In this document: positions 33,674-44,133 of the stretch, piece after piece
Position numbering within the stretch: the first letter of the stretch is position 1
Layout of the letters: each line of letters begins with the position of its first letter
From: Candidatus Izemoplasmatales bacterium
GTDB lineage: Bacteria; Bacillota_I; Bacilli_A; Izemoplasmatales; Hujiaoplasmataceae
Reading direction: 5' to 3'
DNA length: 64,000 nucleotides
Assembly (NCBI GenBank): GCA_050949045.1
Contig: JBMNEZ010000001.1
Span: 704,001-768,000 of the forward strand
The notes under the pieces: generated by a model
Told to the model about the DNA's origin: nothing
The model's input: only the letters and a program-made list of their open reading frames with translations
Databases searched by the model: none
Program-made: the position numbers and the translations under genes

Positions 33674-34993
33674 TTATTGGCGATCTTCCTCGCAATTCTG
33701 GCAGTTTCCCGTACATTCCAAATGTTCTTTACGGATACAGTCGACCAGATAAGCATACAAATCCCTGAGGGCGATGCGCTGTTGTTGCCCGGTTTTGGCG
33801 TTTTTTACGTTGATGTTTTCGCCGGCCAATTCTTCTTCTCCAAAGATCAAAAAGAAACGAGTGCCGAGTTTTTCGCCTTGGTTGAACTGGCCTTTGAGGT
33901 TTCTGTCAAGGAAATCATAGTCAACCACCAATCCTCCTCGTCTCAATGACTCGACAATGGCCACCGCCGAAGGCTTGGGTTTATCGCCGATAACAATCAA
34001 GAAAGCGTCGATCAAGGGGGAACACTGCTTTTGACTGAAACTCTCAAGGGCTAGAAGCAGGCGTTCAATGCCAAACGAAAAGCCCACAGCCGGCAAAGAA
34101 GGTCCGCCGAGCGTCTCGGCAAGGTCATCATACCTGCCGCCGCCACAAAGGGTTGCTTGGGCACCGAGCGTCGGGAGATCGGCTTCCAACTCAAAAACGG
34201 TGTGGGTGTAATAATCAAGGCCTCTGACAAGGCTCTTGTCGATATCATATTTGATGTCTAGCGCTTCTAAATAGCGAATGACGCTTTCAAAATGCTCACT
34301 CGCTTTTTTTGACAGGAAATCGAGCGGCTTCGGAGCATTGAGAAGCGCGGAATTTTCCTTGTCAACCTTGCAATCGAGCACCCGTAGGGGGTTCTCGAGA
34401 TAACGTCGTTGGCAGTCATGGCAGAGTTTGCCAATGACCGGTTCAAGATAGGCCTTCAGATTCTCGCGGTATCGGTCCTTGCTCTCTTGATCGCCGAGCG
34501 AGTTTATCTTCACCTTGACGTCTTTGATCCCGATGGCAAACAAAAATGTCGTCGCAAAAGCGATGATCTCGGAGTCAACGAGCGGATTTTCAGAACCAAT
34601 CACTTCGGCGCCGAACTGGTGGAACTGGCGCTGGCGGCCTTTTTGAGGCCGCTCATAGCGGAACATCGGTCCATAGTAAAACAACTTGAGAGGCTGTGGC
34701 AACGAACTGTAAAGCTTGTTTTCGACGACGCTCCGAATGATCGCTGCCGTTCCCTCGGGTCTGAGCGTCAGTGACCGGCCACCCCTGTCGGTGAAATCGT
34801 AGGTTTCTTTTTTAACGATATCCGTGGTCGAACCGATGCCGCGGTGAAATAGCTCCGAAGCTTCAAATAACGGAGTTCTCATCTCGGTATAGTTATACAG
34901 CCTAGCGACTTGTTTGATGGCTTGTTCAAGCCGTTGCCAGCGGTGTATTTCCTGCGGTAGGATATCTTGTGTGCCTTTGATTTTTGTTATCAT
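33674..34993 (-). CDS. hisS: Histidine--tRNA ligase
   Basis: Motifs LRPEGTA, FRYERPQKGR, LVRGLDYY, GGGRYD and FGIERL. Confidence 0.98.
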   Translation of the reverse strand: MITKIKGTQDILPQEIHRWQRLEQAIKQVARLYNYTEMRTPLFEASELFHRGIGSTTDIVKKETYDFTDRGGRSLTLRPEGTAAIIRSVVENKLYSSLPQPLKLFYYGPMFRYERPQKGRQRQFHQFGAEVIGSENPLVDSEIIAFATTFLFAIGIKDVKVKINSLGDQESKDRYRENLKAYLEPVIGKLCHDCQRRYLENPLRVLDCKVDKENSALLNAPKPLDFLSKKASEHFESVIRYLEALDIKYDIDKSLVRGLDYYTHTVFELEADLPTLGAQATLCGGGRYDDLAETLGGPSLPAVGFSFGIERLLLALESFSQKQCSPLIDAFLIVIGDKPKPSAVAIVESLRRGGLVVDYDFLDRNLKGQFNQGEKLGTRFFLIFGEEELAGENINVKNAKTGQQQRIALRDLYAYLVDCIRKEHLECTGNCQNCEEDRQ

Positions 34994-35018
34994 GATCGAC
35001 GCTCCTTATTAAGATAAG

Positions 35019-35069
35019 AAAAAACCACCCTCTTTAGAAAAGGACGATACCCGGAAAACAAGAGTGGTT
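35019..35069 (-). terminator. Probable terminator between acpP and hisS
   Basis: Minus strand AACCACTCTT...AAGAGGGTGGTTTTTT. Confidence 0.5.
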
Positions 35070-35088
35070 AGATGTAGTGTAGATCAGT

Positions 35089-35349
35089 TTAGCCAAAGTA
35101 TTTGTCGCTCACATGATCAACGACATAGTCGACCAGATCACTGACGTCATTCATCTTTGTGGCGGCTTCATCGGAAATCGACACCAGAAACTCGCTTTCG
35201 ATCTGGTTGAACAATTCTAAGGCATCCAGACTGTCAGCGCCAAAATCGTCGGCCAACCCGGCCCCCAAGACAACTTTTTCGGGTTTTACTCCGAGTTCTT
35301 GGACAATAATTTCTTTGATTTTTTCAAATACAACTTGTTTCTTATCCAT
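35089..35349 (-). CDS. acpP: Acyl carrier protein
   Basis: GADSLD phosphopantetheine motif in an acidic 86-aa protein. Confidence 0.93.
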   Translation of the reverse strand: MDKKQVVFEKIKEIIVQELGVKPEKVVLGAGLADDFGADSLDALELFNQIESEFLVSISDEAATKMNDVSDLVDYVVDHVSDKYFG

Positions 35350-35439
35350 TGAATACACCTCCGTATCGTAGTCAAAGACAACTTCAAACGTATTATAGAA
35401 TATTTCCCGGGCTAAGTCAAACAGATGAAATATATTTGT

Positions 35440-35880
35440 TCATCTTTCCAGCATAATCGTAACAGGCCCGTCATTGACCAAATTGACTTCCATATGGGCG
35501 CCGAAGACACCACTCTCAATCTTTTTTGAAGTCACAATCGCCAGCAAATCAAGAAATTTCTTGAACATGGACTCCGCAAGGGCGGGGGCCATCGCCTTGG
35601 TGAACGAGGGACGGTTTCCGTCATTCAAATCGCCGTACAAGGTGAACTGAGATACTGCGAGCAGTTCTCCATCAACGTCAACCACGCTGAGGTTCATTTT
35701 GTCGTCTTGGTCTGGGAAAATACGCAATTTAGCGATTTTATTGACAATCCATCTGATCTTTTCTTCGGTGTCGCCTTCAGTAAAACCGACCAATATTAAA
35801 AGTCCTTTATCAATCTGTGCAACGATGGAATTATCAACTGAAACACTTGCTCGACTGACTCTTTGAATTAGTGCCCTCAT
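35440..35880 (-). CDS. dtd: D-aminoacyl-tRNA deacylase
   Basis: Motifs MRALIQRV, SQFTL, RPSF and NDGPVT. Confidence 0.97.
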   Translation of the reverse strand: MRALIQRVSRASVSVDNSIVAQIDKGLLILVGFTEGDTEEKIRWIVNKIAKLRIFPDQDDKMNLSVVDVDGELLAVSQFTLYGDLNDGNRPSFTKAMAPALAESMFKKFLDLLAIVTSKKIESGVFGAHMEVNLVNDGPVTIMLER

Positions 35881-35882
35881 TT

Positions 35883-38075
35883 CTAGCAGATCCTTTCGAT
35901 CGAATAAACGCCTTTGACTTTTTGGATGTTGCCGATAACACCGTCAAGCTCCAAAACATTGCCGATTTCGATTTTCATTCTGATGATGCCTTCCTTGACT
36001 TTGTTTGTTTGAGCGCTTACTTGGCTGATCTTAGCCTTTGATGCCGTCGCGGCGTTGATGATGTCGGCGAGGACATTGTCACGGTTTTGAACAATGATCT
36101 TGATGCTGGTCTCATACTTTTTAATCATGTTCGTGCCCCAAAACACATCGATCAGTCTGGCTTTGTCAAAATATGTGATGTTCTTGCACTGCTGGCGATG
36201 AACAACGATACCCGAGTTTTTCGAGACATAGCCGACAATATCATCACCCAAAATAGGGTTACAGCAATTGGCCAACTTGACTGATGGATTGGTCAGCCCT
36301 TCGACGACGATGTTGATATCGCTGTGTACCGTCCTCTGCTTCTGCTGGCGTTTTTCTTCGGGAAGATTGATTTTTTCCAGCAGTTCTTCCTCGGAAAGGG
36401 GGTCTTTGCCTGTCAATAGGTTCAAGGCACCGATCGGGGAAATGATGTTCTTCCCAATCTCAAAATAGAAGTCCTCAACCGTCTTGACACCTTTATTGGC
36501 GAACAGATCGGCGACGAGTTTGTCAGAAAGCGTGACCGACAGATGCCTGGACTGGACCTCTCTTTCAAAATCATCCCGCCCCTGCTCGACCAGCACATCG
36601 CGTTTCTGTTTATTTAAGAAATTTTTGATTTTGCTTCTTGCATTCGACGTTTTAGCGATTTTGAGCCAGTTTTCGTTAGGCCCTACCGCATTCTGGCTGG
36701 TGCGAATCTCGACCATGTCGCCAGTCTTGAGCGTATAGTCAAGGGGTTGGATCTTGCCATTTACGATTGCTCCGACAGTTTTCTCGCCAAGTCTAGTGTG
36801 GATTCGGAAAGCGAAATCAATCGGGGTCGCACCTGCCGTAAGATCGATGATGTCGCCATTCGGGGTAAACACATAAACATTGGCATTCAAGATATCGTCG
36901 GTGAAGATGTTCAAGATCTCCTCCTCCGAATCCGATTCCTCAGTATAGCGGATCAACTCGGAATACCATCTGAGTTTCGAAGAAACGATATCTTCGATAC
37001 TCTTACGGCTTTGAGTCTGCCCATGGCCTTCCTTGTAAGCCCAATGGGCGGCGACGCCTTTTTCGGCGATCTCGTCCATCTCTCGAGTCCTGATCTGGAT
37101 CTCATAGATTTTGCCTTTATGTACGACAGTCGTGTGAAGAGACTGATACATGTTTGGCTTCGGCATCGCAATATAGTCTTTGAATCTACCCGGAACAGGG
37201 ATGAATTTTGAATGGACGATCCCGATGGCCCGATAACAATCGCTGATCGTATCGACGATCACTCTCAGGGCTAACAGATCGTTGATTTCCTCAAAATCAA
37301 GATGTTTGACCATCATTTTGCGATAAACGCTGTGGATGTTTTTGATCCGGCCGCTGACTTCATAATGAAAGTTTTCCTGTTTCAGCAATTTCTCGAGTTC
37401 CGTTTGCATTATTTTGATGTCGGATTCGCGGTTGACCTTTTTATCCTTGATCAGCTTGGCGATTTCCTTATACTCAGTCGGATACAGATACTTGAATGCC
37501 AGGTCTTCGAGTTCGGCCTTCAACCTGTACATTCCGAGACGATGCGCGATCGGCGCGAAGACATCGAGCGTTTCTCTGCTGATCCGGGCTTGCCGTTCGG
37601 GATCAAGGTGATTGAGCGTACGCATATTGTTCAATCTGTCAGCGAGTTTGACGAAGATGACACGGATGTCCCTGGCCATCGCCAAAACCATCTTTTGGTG
37701 GTTTTTGGCTTGTTCAACCGGACGCGACCCTTCGTATTGGAGATGATGAAGTTTTGTGAGGCCTTCAACTATCTCGGCAACCTCTTCGCCAAAGAGTTTC
37801 TTGATTTCGCTGTACTCGGTATCGGTATCTTCAAGAATATCGTGCAACAGACCTGCGGCGATCGTGTTGGGATCGACGCGATACTCGCTGAGGGTGATTG
37901 CGACCTGAACGGGATGAATGATGAAGGGTTCTCCTGATTTGCGTTTTTGAAGTCTGTGGCGTTCGTAGGCAAAGTCAAAAGCGCGCCTGATGAAATCGCG
38001 GTGCTCTTTTTTGGTGATATATGGGCTTATCGCAATATCTAAGGGACGAAATGCATCATCGCCTGACATCATCAT
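35883..38075 (-). CDS. relA: Bifunctional (p)ppGpp synthetase/hydrolase Rel
   Basis: HD motif LLHDILED, KLADRLNNMRT, KPNMYQSLHT and EIQIRT, followed by TGS and ACT domains. Confidence 0.97.
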   Translation of the reverse strand: MMMSGDDAFRPLDIAISPYITKKEHRDFIRRAFDFAYERHRLQKRKSGEPFIIHPVQVAITLSEYRVDPNTIAAGLLHDILEDTDTEYSEIKKLFGEEVAEIVEGLTKLHHLQYEGSRPVEQAKNHQKMVLAMARDIRVIFVKLADRLNNMRTLNHLDPERQARISRETLDVFAPIAHRLGMYRLKAELEDLAFKYLYPTEYKEIAKLIKDKKVNRESDIKIMQTELEKLLKQENFHYEVSGRIKNIHSVYRKMMVKHLDFEEINDLLALRVIVDTISDCYRAIGIVHSKFIPVPGRFKDYIAMPKPNMYQSLHTTVVHKGKIYEIQIRTREMDEIAEKGVAAHWAYKEGHGQTQSRKSIEDIVSSKLRWYSELIRYTEESDSEEEILNIFTDDILNANVYVFTPNGDIIDLTAGATPIDFAFRIHTRLGEKTVGAIVNGKIQPLDYTLKTGDMVEIRTSQNAVGPNENWLKIAKTSNARSKIKNFLNKQKRDVLVEQGRDDFEREVQSRHLSVTLSDKLVADLFANKGVKTVEDFYFEIGKNIISPIGALNLLTGKDPLSEEELLEKINLPEEKRQQKQRTVHSDINIVVEGLTNPSVKLANCCNPILGDDIVGYVSKNSGIVVHRQQCKNITYFDKARLIDVFWGTNMIKKYETSIKIIVQNRDNVLADIINAATASKAKISQVSAQTNKVKEGIIRMKIEIGNVLELDGVIGNIQKVKGVYSIERIC

Positions 38076-38100
38076 CCCTCCCTTCTAGAAACCTCGTCGG

Positions 38101-38613
38101 TCAATATTTCAAGAGTACTTTGATCGGATAACCGGGGAAGCGATCGCGGCCTTTCAAATCGATGAGTTCGATGACGAACGCAAGCCCGACAACGATGCCG
38201 CCGGACTGTTCGACAAGTTTGATCGTTGCTTCAACCGTGCCTCCGGTCGCCAGAAGGTCATCGACAATGATGACTTTTTCTTTCGGCTTGATCGCGTCCT
38301 TGTGGATGCAGAGAGTGTTTTTCCCGTATTCGAGTTCATAATCGTAGCTGATGACGGCGCGCGGTAGTTTTCCCGCCTTGCGAACCGGGATGAAGCCGGC
38401 CTCCAGCATTAGGGCAACAGGCGCGCCGATAATGAAACCGCGGGCATCGGGGCCGACGACTTTGGTCGCTCCCAGGCTTCTTCCAAAAGCTGCGAGTTCG
38501 CCGATCGCCTGATGAAAGGCTTCGCCGTCGCCAATCAGGGGTGTTATATCCTTGAACTGGATGCTGGGAATCGGAAAGTCGGGAACATTGATAATATAAT
38601 CTTCATAGTTCAT
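38101..38613 (-). CDS. apt: Adenine phosphoribosyltransferase
   Basis: Motifs FKDITP, ARGF, RKAGKLP and VDDLLATGGT. Confidence 0.97.
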   Translation of the reverse strand: MNYEDYIINVPDFPIPSIQFKDITPLIGDGEAFHQAIGELAAFGRSLGATKVVGPDARGFIIGAPVALMLEAGFIPVRKAGKLPRAVISYDYELEYGKNTLCIHKDAIKPKEKVIIVDDLLATGGTVEATIKLVEQSGGIVVGLAFVIELIDLKGRDRFPGYPIKVLLKY

Positions 38614-40696
38614 GGTTATCCTCCATCAGTTTCGCATAATGATTTTTTAGCCTGCCGGTTGGCAGAGAATAGAGCTTTTCAATGTCATTTTTGAGTTCAA
38701 AACACTTCAGGTACGTAGGCGAGTTTTTCAAATCCTTCTTTTCGGAAATCTCCACGATCTGGAAAAACTCATCCGTTTGGGTCAAAAGCCCGACTTCGAT
38801 CAGAATGGCGATTATCCACCCGGCAATAATCGGGTCGATCCCGAATGTGTCTTTAAAAGCGGAAAGCGAAGCGCGCTCGTTTTGCTTGAAGAACAAAAAA
38901 CTTTTGGTAATAAAATCTTTAGTCATGATTTCCGAGAGATCGGGATCAAGGGTTTTTCGGGTAAGCACCACCGTCATCTGCTTTTGGTTTTCGACACCCT
39001 TGATGATGGATTCATCATCGATGATCACTGTGTCGTCAAAATAACCGATTTCCTGAAGCCTTTGCTTATCCCAGTCGCGGTAGTCTAGCAACTGGAAATG
39101 CATGCATTCGAGATCTTTGATGATTACTTGGATCTCAACACGGTTTTTCCAGTTGTTAATGTTGAGACCACCGACGATGTTCACACGATCGTTTTCCTGT
39201 AAGCGGTAGTAGTACTCCGAGGAATTGAAAGCCAGCGCATCAAAGAGAATCCCGTTCCTGCTCACTGTCAGCTTGGTGTGTTTATTCTGTAACAACTGCT
39301 TATTCTCGACAACCAGGTCGCATAAGAGAAAAGTGGCAGTAAAGAAGGAAAGATCTTGCATTCTTTTTACGGTCGCAATCCTTATGGTATCAATTTCGAT
39401 CTCCATGTCGACCATCAGTTTTGGCAGTGCATCAGTCCTGGAGATCTGATTCAACCGCTGTTTCAAGATTGGGATGTTCGCCGCTTCGATCTGCAGACCG
39501 GCAGCTTGCTGGTGGCCGCCGAACCGCATCAACAAATCTTTTGACTGTTTGAGGATCTCGAGGATATTGTCATCGGCGAAGGAGCGCATCGATCCTTTGC
39601 CGATGTTCGCCTCGTCAAGGGTGATGACGATGGCGGAGCGCTGGTACTTCTCGGCCAATTTCTGAGCGCAGATGCCGATTACGCCCTCATGGAGATTTTT
39701 GGATGCTACAACGATCACGCTGTCATTCGGGTCAACCATGGCTTCGCAACGTTTCAGAGCTTCGACAGTCAGTTCTTTCCGGTTTTCATGGCTTTCTTCG
39801 ATCTGCCTGATCAATCTGTCCACCTCAGCTTCGGATTCGCTGACAAGCAATCTGACGGCGTCGTGAGCTCTGCCGAGGCGTCCGGAACTGTTAATCTTCG
39901 GAGCGATCTTGAAGGCGATCGCGGTTTCATTGATCAAATCGATATTGGAGGAAGCCAACAGTTTCTTGAGGCCAAGATTCTTGGTTTTTCGAAGTTGCTT
40001 GAGACCGAGGTTCACCATCGCCTGGTTTTCATCGAGCAAAGGCATCAAATCCGCTATCGTCCCGATCATCACGAGATCATAGAGATCGCTGAGTTTGTCA
40101 CGAGTGAGAGCGGATGCCAGTTTGTAGGCGGTCATCACCCCGGCAATATCCTTGAAAGGGTAAAGCGGGCTGTGCTTCGCATGGATGATGGCATAAGCCT
40201 CGGGCAGAATGCCCTTGTCTTCGTGATGGTCGGTAATGATGGTGTCGATGCCGGCATCGTTGAGACGCTTGACCTCATCGATGGCGGTGATGCCGTTGTC
40301 AACGGTGATGACGAGATCGTATTTGTCATCGATGATTTTCTGAACCGCCCGCAGATTGAGGCCATAGCCATCTTGAAAACGGTCGGGGAGATCAAAATCC
40401 ACCTTGGCGCCCAAGCTGGTCAGCGTCCGGAACAAAACCGCAATCGCGCTGATACCGTCACAATCATAGTCGCCATAGATCAATAGCTTCTCACCGCGTT
40501 TTATGCCTGACATAATCCGCTCGACAGCCTCGCGCATCCCCGAAAGCAACCAAGGGTCGTGTAGGGATTCTTCACCCATGGAGAAGAAATGGTCCGCATC
40601 GTCAATGCCACGGTTCAGTAGGATGTGTTTGAAGATATTTTCGTCATCGATGATTCCGGAAACCATCACATGCCAATCGTATTTCGGTCTGATCAA
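38603..40696 (-). CDS. recJ: Single-stranded DNA exonuclease RecJ
   Basis: Motifs GDYDCDG, TVDNG, TDHH, GTIAD and FGGH. Confidence 0.96.
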   Translation of the reverse strand: MIRPKYDWHVMVSGIIDDENIFKHILLNRGIDDADHFFSMGEESLHDPWLLSGMREAVERIMSGIKRGEKLLIYGDYDCDGISAIAVLFRTLTSLGAKVDFDLPDRFQDGYGLNLRAVQKIIDDKYDLVITVDNGITAIDEVKRLNDAGIDTIITDHHEDKGILPEAYAIIHAKHSPLYPFKDIAGVMTAYKLASALTRDKLSDLYDLVMIGTIADLMPLLDENQAMVNLGLKQLRKTKNLGLKKLLASSNIDLINETAIAFKIAPKINSSGRLGRAHDAVRLLVSESEAEVDRLIRQIEESHENRKELTVEALKRCEAMVDPNDSVIVVASKNLHEGVIGICAQKLAEKYQRSAIVITLDEANIGKGSMRSFADDNILEILKQSKDLLMRFGGHQQAAGLQIEAANIPILKQRLNQISRTDALPKLMVDMEIEIDTIRIATVKRMQDLSFFTATFLLCDLVVENKQLLQNKHTKLTVSRNGILFDALAFNSSEYYYRLQENDRVNIVGGLNINNWKNRVEIQVIIKDLECMHFQLLDYRDWDKQRLQEIGYFDDTVIIDDESIIKGVENQKQMTVVLTRKTLDPDLSEIMTKDFITKSFLFFKQNERASLSAFKDTFGIDPIIAGWIIAILIEVGLLTQTDEFFQIVEISEKKDLKNSPTYLKCFELKNDIEKLYSLPTGRLKNHYAKLMEDNHEL

Positions 40697-40767
40697 GCTA
40701 TCACTCTTTCCTTTTGAATATTATAGCGGTTATCGGCACTCTTGACTAGCCCAAAATCCGAATAAAG

Positions 40768-41586
40768 TCAAAATTCGATAGATAGGTCTAGACTCTTGTA
40801 CGAATGGGTTATCATTCCGACAGAGATATAATCGACTCCTATCGCGGCAACTTCTTTAACCCTTTCAAGCGTCATGTTGCCGCTGGCCTCGAGTTTTTTC
40901 CTGCCATCGTTCAAAGCAACGCATTCCCTCATCGTTTCCAAATCCATATTGTCGAGCATGATGATGTCGCAGGCTGTCGTGAGCGCTTCTTTGAACATCG
41001 CCGGATTTTCGACTTCGACTTCGATTGCGACCTTCGGCCCGATTCGAGGGCGCACTCTCGCAACCGCTTCTGTGATTGAGCCCGCCGCCTTGATATGGTT
41101 GTCCTTAAGCATCACCATTTCGGAAAGATTCAGCCGGTGGTTTTGTCCGCCTCCGTGTCTGACCGCCATTTTTTCAAGCAGCCTGAAGCCCGGTGTTGTT
41201 TTTCTGGTATCGAGGATCACCGCTTTTGTTCCTTTGGTCTGATCGACGAACCGGGAGGTCAGAGTCGCAATTCCCGACATCCGCTGCAAAATGTTCAAGG
41301 CGACTCTCTCGGCCATTAGAAGCGACTTGGTCCTGCCGGAAACGAGGGCGACGACATCGCCTTTTTTGATGCGGTCGCCGTCATTCACTTTCGGAACGTA
41401 ATCGATTTTCTTGTCGACGGCTTTAAAAACCTCCCCAATCACTTCAATCCCGGAGATAACGCCTTCTTCCTTGGCTATCACTTTGCCGCTCGATACTTCT
41501 TTAAAGAACAGATACTTGCTCGATATATCGCCTTTTGGCGCATCCTCGTGAAGCGCGTTTCTGATGATTTTGCGGATTTCGTCCAT
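40768..41586 (-). CDS. nadC: Quinolinate phosphoribosyltransferase
   Basis: Motifs ERVALN, DTRKTTPG, LKDNH, IMLDN and EASG. ATG at 41586 after GGAG. Confidence 0.96.
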   Translation of the reverse strand: MDEIRKIIRNALHEDAPKGDISSKYLFFKEVSSGKVIAKEEGVISGIEVIGEVFKAVDKKIDYVPKVNDGDRIKKGDVVALVSGRTKSLLMAERVALNILQRMSGIATLTSRFVDQTKGTKAVILDTRKTTPGFRLLEKMAVRHGGGQNHRLNLSEMVMLKDNHIKAAGSITEAVARVRPRIGPKVAIEVEVENPAMFKEALTTACDIIMLDNMDLETMRECVALNDGRKKLEASGNMTLERVKEVAAIGVDYISVGMITHSYKSLDLSIEF

Positions 41587-41587
41587 G

Positions 41588-42676
41588 CTAGTCTCCCAGA
41601 TCCAAGCCCAGTTGTTCAGGGCTGTATTTGTTCGTTTCCTTATGATAAAGCTTGATCCATTTCGCACTTCTCCCTGTTCCTAGGGGCCTGATCTTGTTTT
41701 CTTCTTGCAGTCTCTTTAGTGTCCGGTTGATCGTCGAGTCGGAGATGAAGGGATGTTTGAGACGAATATCAGCTTTTTGAAACACTTCCGGCAGTTTGCC
41801 GATCGTGTTCTCGATATAGTCCGACTTCGAGATCTCAAGTTGGGATTCGTATTCATAGTCGCGAGCGTAATCCCGAAGTTCCAAATACAGTTGATGATAC
41901 ATCCTGATCATGAACCTGGCAAGCGGCATGATCTCCGAAAAACCCTCGCTCCAACCGAAACGGGTTTTATCCAACAGTTTGCTATACTCATCAAGGTTGA
42001 GAAGCAGTTTCGCAAAAAAGGACAGATACGAGGCGACGATGATGCCTTCTTGAAGCATCATGATGTAGAACACCAAAAGCGCAACCACATCATTCTGATC
42101 GTGTTTGTAGATCTCCATGTTCATGAAGTCGACCATAAAATTGAGATAGAGAAACAAAGGCTCGGAGTTCCCCTGCTTCTTGACCTCTTGGACTTTTCTG
42201 ATCAGTTCTTCGAGTTGTTCTCTCAGCGACAGGGAGTCGGATGCTATTAGCGAAGGCCGTTGACGTTCCAGTTTCCGGTACTGTAATTTTTCAGGCGACA
42301 AAACATTCTTGAACAACAGCTTTGTAAGATCGTTTATTTCCGTGACGTTCAAATGGAACGGCTGGCTGCTCCTTTCGTGGATCATCAAGAAAATCGCGAT
42401 GATATTTTTATACTGGACCTCGGCCTTGTTCTTGGCTACCGTCGATGACAGTCTCAAGGACCGCAGCCGAGCATCGGATACTTTAAACGAAGGAAAAAAG
42501 GCGCGGAAAAAGGCAGTTGCCTCCAAGTAGGCATTCTGCTCGCGGATGCGCGCGAAGTCATTCTTGAATAGTTGCTGGTACACTTCGTTCCTGCCCAACT
42601 GATAGTAGAGTTTGAGCGTGCTCATGAAGATATCGGAGGGAATCGGCGTACGGTTAATATTATCGATACAGTTCAT
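41588..42676 (-). CDS. Fic/Fido-like protein with a degenerate catalytic motif and C-terminal winged HTH
   Basis: Layout matches Fic-HTH proteins (C-terminal ISDSTINRTLKRLQEENKIRPLGTGRSAKW). The expected HPFxDGNGR position reads MEIYKHDQND. Confidence 0.6.
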   Translation of the reverse strand: MNCIDNINRTPIPSDIFMSTLKLYYQLGRNEVYQQLFKNDFARIREQNAYLEATAFFRAFFPSFKVSDARLRSLRLSSTVAKNKAEVQYKNIIAIFLMIHERSSQPFHLNVTEINDLTKLLFKNVLSPEKLQYRKLERQRPSLIASDSLSLREQLEELIRKVQEVKKQGNSEPLFLYLNFMVDFMNMEIYKHDQNDVVALLVFYIMMLQEGIIVASYLSFFAKLLLNLDEYSKLLDKTRFGWSEGFSEIMPLARFMIRMYHQLYLELRDYARDYEYESQLEISKSDYIENTIGKLPEVFQKADIRLKHPFISDSTINRTLKRLQEENKIRPLGTGRSAKWIKLYHKETNKYSPEQLGLDLGD

Positions 42677-42838
42677 CAAGATCACCTTTATTCATTATAT
42701 CGCATTTGTATCTTGGAATGATACCGTTTCTAAGTTATTTTTCAGTTAATCGTCAAGAAAAACAATATCATCGATCGCGAATATGAATATGATACAACAA
42801 AAAAACGGCAGTTTGCCGTTTGTTTATCTTGGTCTTCG

Positions 42839-44098
42839 TCATTCGGTGAAACTAGCTGCGAGAGCGGCGAAACTGATGAAGGCCTCATCCCATTCAAGCC
42901 AGGTCGCAAACCAAGCGGCAGTTAGGCAACTGTCACATATGGACACGTTTGTCCCCAGAGCATTCGCGGTGATTGGAGCGCTTGTCGTATGATAAAAGGC
43001 GTTATTCAGTTCAGGTTCAGCGTTGGCAAAACCAAACAAAGAGTCGAGCACCGTCTCCTGCCCGGGTTCGGCAACGAGAGCCATCGAGCCGGCTGCGAGA
43101 AAATTATGATACTCGCCGTTCCAGGCCTCCCCCAAAAACAAACCGCTGATTATTTTTGTGCCGGCAAAAGAAAAGGCAATGTCAGTGACGATGTTTTCAT
43201 ATACTCCGTATTGTGAGAACCCCGCCAAACCACCCACCGATGCCTGGATCCCGCTGATGTCAATGGCAATGGTCCCGCTGACGTAGATGTTTTTGATCGG
43301 CAGTTTCGGATCGCCGATTATTTTGTCATAGCCGACCAGAATCCCCCCATAATGATGACCGGTCAGGCCACCGGCATAGATGCGGTAGTCTTCCGTTGCG
43401 GCGGTGATTTCGATATCAGCCTTGACATTCTCGACGACCGTGTTCGATATCTTGCCGGCAAGCCCGCCGACATAGATGAAATCTTTTCCGGAAACCTGCA
43501 ATTCGCCGCTAACCTCGACATCATTGATCTTATTGGCGACGAAATCCTTAACCTTCATCGTTTGGGTCACAGTGGCGACCGAAATGCCGGCGAGAAGGCC
43601 GGCATAGGTGTTTGAGACATTGTTGGTAATCTTGATCGAGCCTTCCGCGCGCACGTTGGAAACATCGCCGGAAAGATAGCCGGCCAAACCACCGGCATAA
43701 GTGATAAATTGGGCTGTATAATCAATAGAGAAATTCGTGAGAACGAGATCCTTAACAATGCCTTTGACGTGGGCGAAGAGGCCGTTGAAAGAATCGTTCC
43801 GCTTGGTGATCGTCAGATTGGTTATGGAGTGGCCATTGCCATCGAAAATGCCTCTGAAAGGTTTCTCGATGGATCCGAGCGGGACCCATTCGAGGCCCGA
43901 AAGATCGAGGTCTTGGACCAGAAGGTACGATTTGTTCATCTCAATTCCGATCAGATCCTCTACGGAACCGATTTCGTAAAACGTCGAAGTGTCGACGGTT
44001 GCGGGAATGGTTATGGTCGTGGTAGTTTGCCCACCGGAACAGGCAAATAATGAAACACTCAAGGCTGTAATCAGCCAAAGCAATATTTTTTTGATCAT
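42839..44098 (-). CDS. Surface lipoprotein with GLUG/M26-like repeats
   Basis: Lipobox LFAC after MIKKILLW..., a Thr-rich linker, DLDLSGLEWVPLG...FDGNGHSI, and repeated (Y)xGGLAG motifs. Confidence 0.8.
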   Translation of the reverse strand: MIKKILLWLITALSVSLFACSGGQTTTTITIPATVDTSTFYEIGSVEDLIGIEMNKSYLLVQDLDLSGLEWVPLGSIEKPFRGIFDGNGHSITNLTITKRNDSFNGLFAHVKGIVKDLVLTNFSIDYTAQFITYAGGLAGYLSGDVSNVRAEGSIKITNNVSNTYAGLLAGISVATVTQTMKVKDFVANKINDVEVSGELQVSGKDFIYVGGLAGKISNTVVENVKADIEITAATEDYRIYAGGLTGHHYGGILVGYDKIIGDPKLPIKNIYVSGTIAIDISGIQASVGGLAGFSQYGVYENIVTDIAFSFAGTKIISGLFLGEAWNGEYHNFLAAGSMALVAEPGQETVLDSLFGFANAEPELNNAFYHTTSAPITANALGTNVSICDSCLTAAWFATWLEWDEAFISFAALAASFTE

Positions 44099-44133
44099 CT
44101 GTGAACTCCTAATCGACGGGGATTTGGTACGGT

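Noticed and set aside
34994..35088. T-box leader for hisS
   Set aside because: The region is too short and has no GGTGGTACCGCG-type T-box motif. It is better explained as a terminator.
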